The notes beneath the pieces were generated by a model. That model worked only from the letters and a program-made list of their open reading frames with translations, was not told the DNA's origin and did not search any database. From Eledone cirrhosa (taxonomy: Eukaryota), in the NCBI GenBank assembly GCA_964016885.1, contig OZ024755.1, positions 36,952,001 through 37,016,000 of the forward strand: DNA of 64,000 nt. The letters are read 5' to 3'. Positions 55,351 through 64,000 of the stretch are shown piece by piece (the first letter of the stretch is position 1; each line of letters starts with the position of its first letter). The position numbers and the translations under genes are program-made.

Positions 55351-56567
55351 GATAAATCTACCAAAAGTTTACGGTAGTGTCCAATCCGTATGAAGAACTC
55401 AATGTAATCCGGATATCATGAAAAGAAGAGATGCATTCAAAAATCACTTTCGGTGAAAGATAAACGGAAAAAAGAGTCAAGGAACTGTTTCTTTGTTTAT
55501 TCATTATTTTTTTAATAATTTATTTATATATATATATATATATTTATGTTTCGCAAACAATTCATTATTTTTTCACTTTTTATTTTGTATCTAGTCTTTA
55601 TACTTAGGACTCATGAAGTTTTGACTTATATATTTATAGTATATATCTATTAAATGATCCTATTACAATAATTGATTTAAAACATTAATTTTTAACAATA
55701 TTTTCAGTAACTTATTTACTATATTGTATTATGTTATTTATATTTGAGAGGTATCATCTTAAGTCTGTAGACAATATAATCTTTGTGTATTTTTTTGATA
55801 AACGCATATATGTAATTTAAAATTCAGACCTTTTTAAGTTTAATTATAAGGCCTGTTGATCCTTTAGGCACTCAAATTGTTAATAATAAATTCTTTAAAA
55901 ATTATAACTGTAATTATTTTCTAAATTATATTATATAAACTGTTGTCAATATTATATGATAAATTTGGTAAAGTTTACCTTCGTGAGGTTGTAAAAACAT
56001 TATGTCTTCTTTCTCGTGTTTGTAAATCCTTTAAATTTGATTTCATAAAATTTGATTTTAGAAATTAAATTTAATAGTATACTTTAATATTAATACATAT
56101 ACCTATTAACTTTTAAAACCTAAAATATTATTCATTACTCTGAACTAACATAAATTAAATATTTTGAATATTAACGGTCAACCAGATATGTTTAGATATA
56201 TATTGTATATATGGATAATTGTCTAAAGACTTGAACATAAGTTATTCCTCTTTATCTCTCTCTCTCTGTAATCAACTCTCTTTTGTTTTTCTAGGCCCCT
56301 ACTAACTATATTATCCCCTCATCTGTCTCTTCCTCTATGCTTTTCTTTTATTTCCTCTTTCTTCAGTAATTTAAATTATTTAACAGTTATATTGCTGCCA
56401 AGTATTTTTTAAGCTTTCTCACACGCACCCTCTCTATTGTATGTATTATATATTTTTCTCATGTTCTCAATATTAAGGTATATAAATATTGAGTTTTGTC
56501 ATATATTACTCACTACCATGACTGAATCTTAACCATCTACTATGTCAGGGTATGTCATGCATCATCT

Positions 56568-56634
56568 TATTTTATCCGATGAGGACGTATTGTTGAAATT
56601 AACTCAGTACCTCTGAAATATGTATAATAAAATA
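56568..56634 (+). ncRNA. Minimal hammerhead (family D-related), core CCGATGA
   Basis: TATTTTAT CCGATGA GGACGTATTG...CAGTACCTCT GAAA TATGTA TA ATAAAATA; 8-bp stem I. Confidence 0.65.
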
Positions 56635-56910
56635 TACTTGATCACAAGAATATCTATTTTGTTAATATTTTGAATTAATATATATATATCTGTATTTTTA
56701 ACCGTTGGTCAATCAATGATAAACATTGATTGCCAGATAAATTAACTATGGAGATATAAAAGATACAGAAGCGAAAACCAAACCAAACAGTGATTGTGTT
56801 CTGTTATTATTTCTGGCAATATTATAACACTATGACCCTCCCCAAGTATAATATATATATATATATACATACATACACAGATATACACCCCCCCACACAC
56901 ATACATACAT

Positions 56911-56954
<44 letters not shown>

Positions 56955-56999
56955 GGCTGCTTGTATTTGAGATCGTATTTTTTCGGTTATTACTCAAGA

Positions 57000-57520
57000 T
57001 TCTTCTTGTGACGCTAAACTCCGCCAGTTACAGACTGCACATTAACATGTGATATCTCTCTCCACAAAGTTCGATCACCAACAGCAGAGTTTAAAGAGCA
57101 AAGATCAAGTACAGTCCATAGGTTGACATTATCAAGCCATTATTTTGGCTGCTGGCCTCTGCTTCTCTTACCAGCCAACCTTCCTTCCAGGCATAACCTA
57201 CTCACACCATGAGTTGATCTATTTATATGACCATATAGTTTGAGTTCTCTTGACTTGACAATTGATGTAATTGGTCTAAGTTTGGTAATGTTGAGCAGCT
57301 CACTGATACAGATATGGTTGCTGAGCCGCTACCCAGTCATAAGTCTCATGATGTGGTTCGGGAATGTAGAGAGCTTCTGAAGTGACCTTGTCCCTCAATT
57401 AACACAGTCAAGACCATATAACACAACTGGTAGGATGTAAGTATCAAAGATCTTAGCCTTCAACTCGTTTTGATGTTAGGACATCCTTGTTCTTGTTGAA
57501 AGCTGCTATACTGAGTAGCA
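57000..57520 (-). pseudogene. RTE/RTEX-like LINE ORF 3' end, degenerate
   Basis: AAFNKNKDVL..KAKIFDTYILPVVLYGLDC...LKLYGHINR...CLEGRLAGKRSRGQ..WLDNV, with stops and frameshifts. Confidence 0.8.
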
Positions 57521-58378
57521 ACCATTCCATTGTTGTTTGACGATAGTTTGTGACCAAGATATGCAAACTCCGTAACTTGAGCAATTTGCTGACTGTAGAT
57601 GGTAAGTTACCCAAGATACATAACCATATTACAGGGTTGGCAGGAAACCATATTGAAGATAGGGAATCTGTAGAACGACAATTCAAAAACTGAAGTTGAT
57701 ATAACAAGCTGTCTCATCATAAAACATTCCAGGATTTTTGATTATTTTCGAAATTTAATGAATAATTATTTCACATATAAAAAGTAAAATCAAAACAAAA
57801 TTTATAAAATAAGAAATAAATAAGCAAAAAATAGATAAATCCTGCCATCCTTCGGTGAAACAGCATATCTTCGCTAAACACCCAGGACAAGCTGGCAAAT
57901 GCTTTACCATCAAGGATAATTAGTGATACTAGTAGAAAAACCACCCTTGAGGTGGTTTTCTGCTCGCATGTGTAGTGTGCATATTGATATTATACGCAAA
58001 TAAATATACATGTAGATATGATACGTCAAATAAAATCGTAATTGAGAATATGCACAGAAATTGAAGAGAGACTGTGTTACACTGTTTTCTGTAATCAGTA
58101 AAGTAATCCATGATACATTTAAAAAAGAAGATATAATATATAAACTATACTAGGAGAAAATTAGCGACGGAAATATAAACCTTACCTAACGGCACAAATA
58201 TATAAACGTTTATATTAGTGATGTAATAAGTGTTATAATATAACGGGTGCTAACCGGAAGTGCTGACATTTAAAAATTTTATAGAAGTGAATCTTGAAAT
58301 GAGCAATAAAATTATTTATATTTAATCAAGAGTTACAAAATTTAGTAGATAAATTAAGTAATATTCATTCATTATTTA

Positions 58379-58563
58379 TGGATTGGCAGTATCGTTAGAG
58401 GGTCGGACGCCATGCTTTCCAGCATAGTTACGTCCCTTTACGATCTGAGTTCAAATCCCGCCGAGGTTAACTTTGCTTTTCATCCTTACGGGGTCGATAA
58501 AATAAAGTACCAGTAATGCACTGGGTAATTGCTGGCCTTGTGCCTAAAGTAGAAACAATTATT
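58379..58563 (+). mobile_element. tRNA-SINE nested in an older repeat
   Basis: Consensus match; interrupts the homologue of 45440-45640. Confidence 0.9.
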
Positions 58564-59249
58564 TATTCAAAGTAATCCAACTTATTTTACTAACGGGATA
58601 AAAAAATATATTCAGGACACAGTCCCGCACTCCTCCCTTTATTATATTATGATTCACTGTATCAGCCATTCAAACTCCTGGTTGTCGCACGTCAGGTATG
58701 ATGCACTCATACTGACATGGCAGACGAGAATGGCCATTCAGGAAGTGTAGACCCGTAGTGTTCCACTGCGACTGGTGCAAAATAGACTTTCTCCGTTAAT
58801 GACTGGGTCCGAAAAACGCATAAGAAGACATATTGAGTCTAAATTCACATTATTGTTCAGACCCTCTTTAGTAAACTATACCTGGGTAGATATTGACTCT
58901 ATCGATTATCTTGTGACAGGTTTCCTCTACTTTATTTCACATTTTTATACTTTACAATTAATCACATTTAATTAAATCGAAAGTATTCAATTTGGGTACT
59001 CTCCTTACATCATTTCCGGTTTTAGCATTCAGCGAAAATGTTAATAGAATAAAAGTTAAATTAAAGGCAAAGTAAATTTATATCCAGAAATAGAAATGTG
59101 TGTATATGTGTGTGTATGTGTGTGTGTGTGTCTGCGAGTGTCTGTGTGTGTGCGAGTGTGCGAGTGTTTGAGAGTGTGTGCGCGAGTGTCTGTGTGCATG
59201 TATGTGCCTGTCTATGTGAATAAGTGAGTACGTATATATATGTGTATAT

Positions 59250-59283
<34 letters not shown>

Positions 59284-59323
59284 TCATATATATATACATA
59301 CATATATATATATATACATATTT

Positions 59324-59358
<35 letters not shown>

Positions 59359-59422
59359 TATATATATATATACATATACATATATATATTCATATATATA
59401 TATACATATATATATACATATT

Positions 59423-59453
<31 letters not shown>

Positions 59454-59552
59454 ATATTTATATATATATATACATATACATATATGTATATATATATATA
59501 TACATATACATATATGTATATATATATATATACATATATATATATACATATT

Positions 59553-59583
<31 letters not shown>

Positions 59584-59687
59584 ATATATATAAAAATATG
59601 TATGTATATATATGTATACACGCACGCACCATGCACACACCCACAACCACACACCCACCCACACCCACACCCATACACCCACACACC

Positions 59688-59744
<57 letters not shown>

Positions 59745-60319
59745 TTTCATCCTTTGGAACACAACAGCATCGTGACTCGAAATCTAGAAGACATCTTCAA
59801 GAGAAAAATGATGCAACCTAAAATTAAAAGTGTAGTAAACAGTGTGAAGTATTTTTAAAAGATAAAAGTAAAGATTTTCGAGCAAACGAATTAGTAAGCT
59901 TTGATTCATTCTTATACACTTAATTTTCAAGTGATGTGTGAATTTTTTAATATCATTTTATTTTTGAATTAACTTGCTTTGTGTGGTTCTCTGTGAAAGT
60001 TTCGTGAAAAATGAAATGAGACATGATAGCTATGTATTCTGATTTTACATACAGTTGAATAAAACCAAATCAATGTGGAACATACAATGGTGGAATGAAA
60101 GAAGATAAAACCTAAAATAAAATACCATGACAATTGTCTTTACAAATTAATGCTATTATTGATGTTGTTAATTAAAGAACTGATGAGGTAATTTCAATTT
60201 CAAACCAAAAATATAACAACATTTATTATCAGGTACACCTGTGATTCTCACGTTTTAGACCTTCTGAATCATAGGAGTAAGTTCAATACTGATACAAAGA
60301 TGGGAATGGTATTCATATT

Positions 60320-60357
<38 letters not shown>

Positions 60358-60360
<3 letters not shown>

Positions 60361-60714
60361 GTTTTGCGAGGTTTTTTTATATGAAATCGTGTGTCGAAAC
60401 AAATATTGTTATACTTGGGGAGGGTCATATTTGTGTAATATTGCCAGAATTATTAACAGAACACACTCACTGTTTGGTTGGTTTTCGCTTCTCGCTGTCT
60501 TTTATATCGGTAATCTAACTTACTCGGTCCTCAATGTTGCCATTGACTGACCGACGGTCAAAAATAATACAGATACAATATAGACACAAACACATATATA
60601 TAGTTTATCATATACCGATATAAAAGACAGCGAGAAGCGAAAACCAACCAAACAGTGAGTGTGTTCTGTTATTAATTCTGGCAATATTACACAAATATGA
60701 CCCTCCCCAAGTAT

Positions 60715-60720
<6 letters not shown>
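60358..60720. mobile_element. Family J PLE terminus, fold-back
   Basis: 60403-60512 and 60613-60721 are inverted copies. Confidence 0.75.
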
Positions 60721-61796
<1,076 letters not shown>

Positions 61797-61921
61797 GAGG
61801 TTATATTTAATTTGTTGGGATTCAAGAAGCTTAAGAATGTTTATAACTATCCAGAAAGCTCCAACCGTTAAGGTTGTCTTTTTTTCCGGGTATGTCAATA
61901 TTTATTTATAAAACAAATCTG

Positions 61922-61987
61922 TATTTTATCTGATGAAAGCGCACCATAATATGCCTTGGTTGCCCTTGAAATATGTATAATAAAATA
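61922..61987 (+). ncRNA. Minimal type I hammerhead ribozyme (family D), intact core
   Basis: TATTTTAT CTGATGA AAGCGCACCA-loop-TGGTTGCCCTT GAAA TATGTA TA ATAAAATA; perfect 8-bp stem I. Confidence 0.85.
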
Positions 61988-62066
61988 AATATGGTTTTAT
62001 AAATATAGTTTCCATTTATTAATATATTGAAAGGCACACAGCAGTCAACTTGCGGCTACCAAGATG

Positions 62067-62347
62067 AAAACTACTATGAAATCCCACAATGAATTTTATA
62101 CTTGAATTTTCAAATCTCAAATTTTAACTCTTCTTATTATTAATTTTTCTTAATATTAATCAACATTTGAAAAGATGGCTTTTGCAGACCCATCGAAACC
62201 GGTCATTTTTTATACCCTTTATTATTTCCTTACCTTATAAAATTATATGTTTTTTCACAAAAAAGTATTCTGTCTCTTATATATTCCATGTGCCATTACC
62301 AACCTCAATTTTCTCTATAACCGTCGTTTTGTGTAGTAAATTACACT

Positions 62348-62352
<5 letters not shown>
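62067..62352 (+). mobile_element. Family E terminus with U3-A8 hammerhead-like motif (62162-62209)
   Basis: Near-identical to 3025-3275; runs into (TA)n. Confidence 0.75.
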
Positions 62353-62424
<72 letters not shown>

Positions 62425-62544
62425 TTAGTTAAGCACAACAAGACCACACATTTCACAAGGAAGACATTATTAAAAGATTGTCAACATATTTTAGTTTGAT
62501 GTAAGGAATGTAGAGAATAATAATAATAATATTAATAATAATTG

Positions 62545-62957
62545 AAAACATACAGTATAGTATAATATTACTGTTGAAAATATATAGTATAGTATTACTG
62601 TTGAAAATATATAGTACAGTATTACTGTTGAAAATATAGAGTACGGTATTACTGTTGAAAATATATAGTACAGTATAGTATTACTGTTGAAAATGTATAG
62701 TATAGTATTACTGTTGAAAATGTATAGTATAGTATTACTGTTGAAAATGTATAGTATAGTATAGTACAGTATTACTGTTGAAAATATATGGTATAGTATT
62801 ACTGTTGAAAATATATTGTACAGTATTACTGTTGAATATATATAGTATAGTATTACTGTTGAACATATATAGTATAGTATAGTATCACTTGAAAATATAT
62901 AGTATAGTAGTGTATTAATGTTGAAAATATATAGTGTAGTATTACTGTTGAAAATAT
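62545..62957. repeat. About 27-bp minisatellite (AGTATAGTATTACTGTTGAAAATATAT)
   Basis: Tandem repeats with a variable number of AGTAT pentamers. Confidence 0.92.
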
Positions 62958-63384
62958 ACTCTTTTACTCTTTTACCCTTTTACCTGTTCCAGCTATCCGG
63001 CTGAGGCCATGCTGGGGCACCGATGTACACGAATATATAATTATATATATATAATTAATTAAAAGTTGGTTAGAAGTCAATGCAGACAGGCAGCCAGACA
63101 GACAGATATTATAAGCGTGCGACGTTATAGCTATGTATCTATCTAAAAAGACAGAGTAAGAAAGAAAGAGGGATGTCGTATTATATATATTATATATAAT
63201 AAGGTACCAGTAATGTACTGGAATAATTGCTGGCCTTGTTCCAAAAGTAGAAACAATTATACTTCTTTTTTATACAACACTGCAAATAGCATGTGTATGT
63301 ATGTATATATACGTATATATACGTATAAAGGAATGCTGTAGTAAAATGTAAAAATTAAACTGTCTCTTATTTATGATACTAACG

Positions 63385-63463
<79 letters not shown>

Positions 63464-63464
63464 C

Positions 63465-63515
<51 letters not shown>

Positions 63516-63516
63516 C

Positions 63517-63591
<75 letters not shown>

Positions 63592-63601
63592 CATATATAT
63601 A

Positions 63602-63711
<110 letters not shown>

Positions 63712-64000
63712 CTATATATATATATATACACACACACGAACACAGCGAAGTCAATGTACAGAATGGTTTTCGTAATGCAGACAGCTAGACATACATACAG
63801 ATATTATAAGGGCGCGACGTTATAGCGATGTATCTATCTAAAAAGACAGACTAAGAAAGAGAGAGATCGCTAACCGGAAGTGTTGACATTTAAAAATTTT
63901 AAAGAAGTGAATATTTAAATAAACAATAAAATATCTTTAATCTTTTAACTAAATTTAGTAGACAAAAATACCCTCTCTTCCTTACTTGGAAAAAGTTACA

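Noticed and set aside
58660-58870. GC-balanced unique stretch with ag...GTATGA resembling a micro-exon
   Set aside because: No recognisable protein and no support without RNA-seq.

Overview
Eukaryotic (animal) genomic DNA, AT-rich and almost entirely repetitive. The main tRNA-derived SINE resembles, from memory, the abundant octopod (Octopus-like) SINEs, so a cephalopod source is likely but is an inference. I can support no intact host gene; most ORFs in the track are translations of micro- and minisatellites. The window holds very many (TA)n/(CA)n/(GA)n tracts, several long minisatellites (21, 23, 23, 45 and about 27 bp units) and a 200-N gap. Interspersed elements include more than 20 tRNA-SINE copies, two hAT MITEs with perfect 8-bp TSDs, an internally deleted Tc1/mariner, Helitron-like non-autonomous elements, and RTE, CRE-like (RLE), L1/Tx1-like and CR1-like LINE fragments. 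There are at least two lineages of Penelope-like retroelements (PLEs) with RT and GIY-YIG remnants. The most striking hidden signal is about 15 type I hammerhead ribozyme (HHR) motifs in at least 7 sequence families, folded by eye. Most sit about 90-330 nt upstream of a (TA)n junction, often within head-to-head fold-back arrangements. They include minimal HHRs with palindromic stem III loops and one family with a compensatory U3-A8 core. Coordinates were counted by eye and may be off by a few bases.
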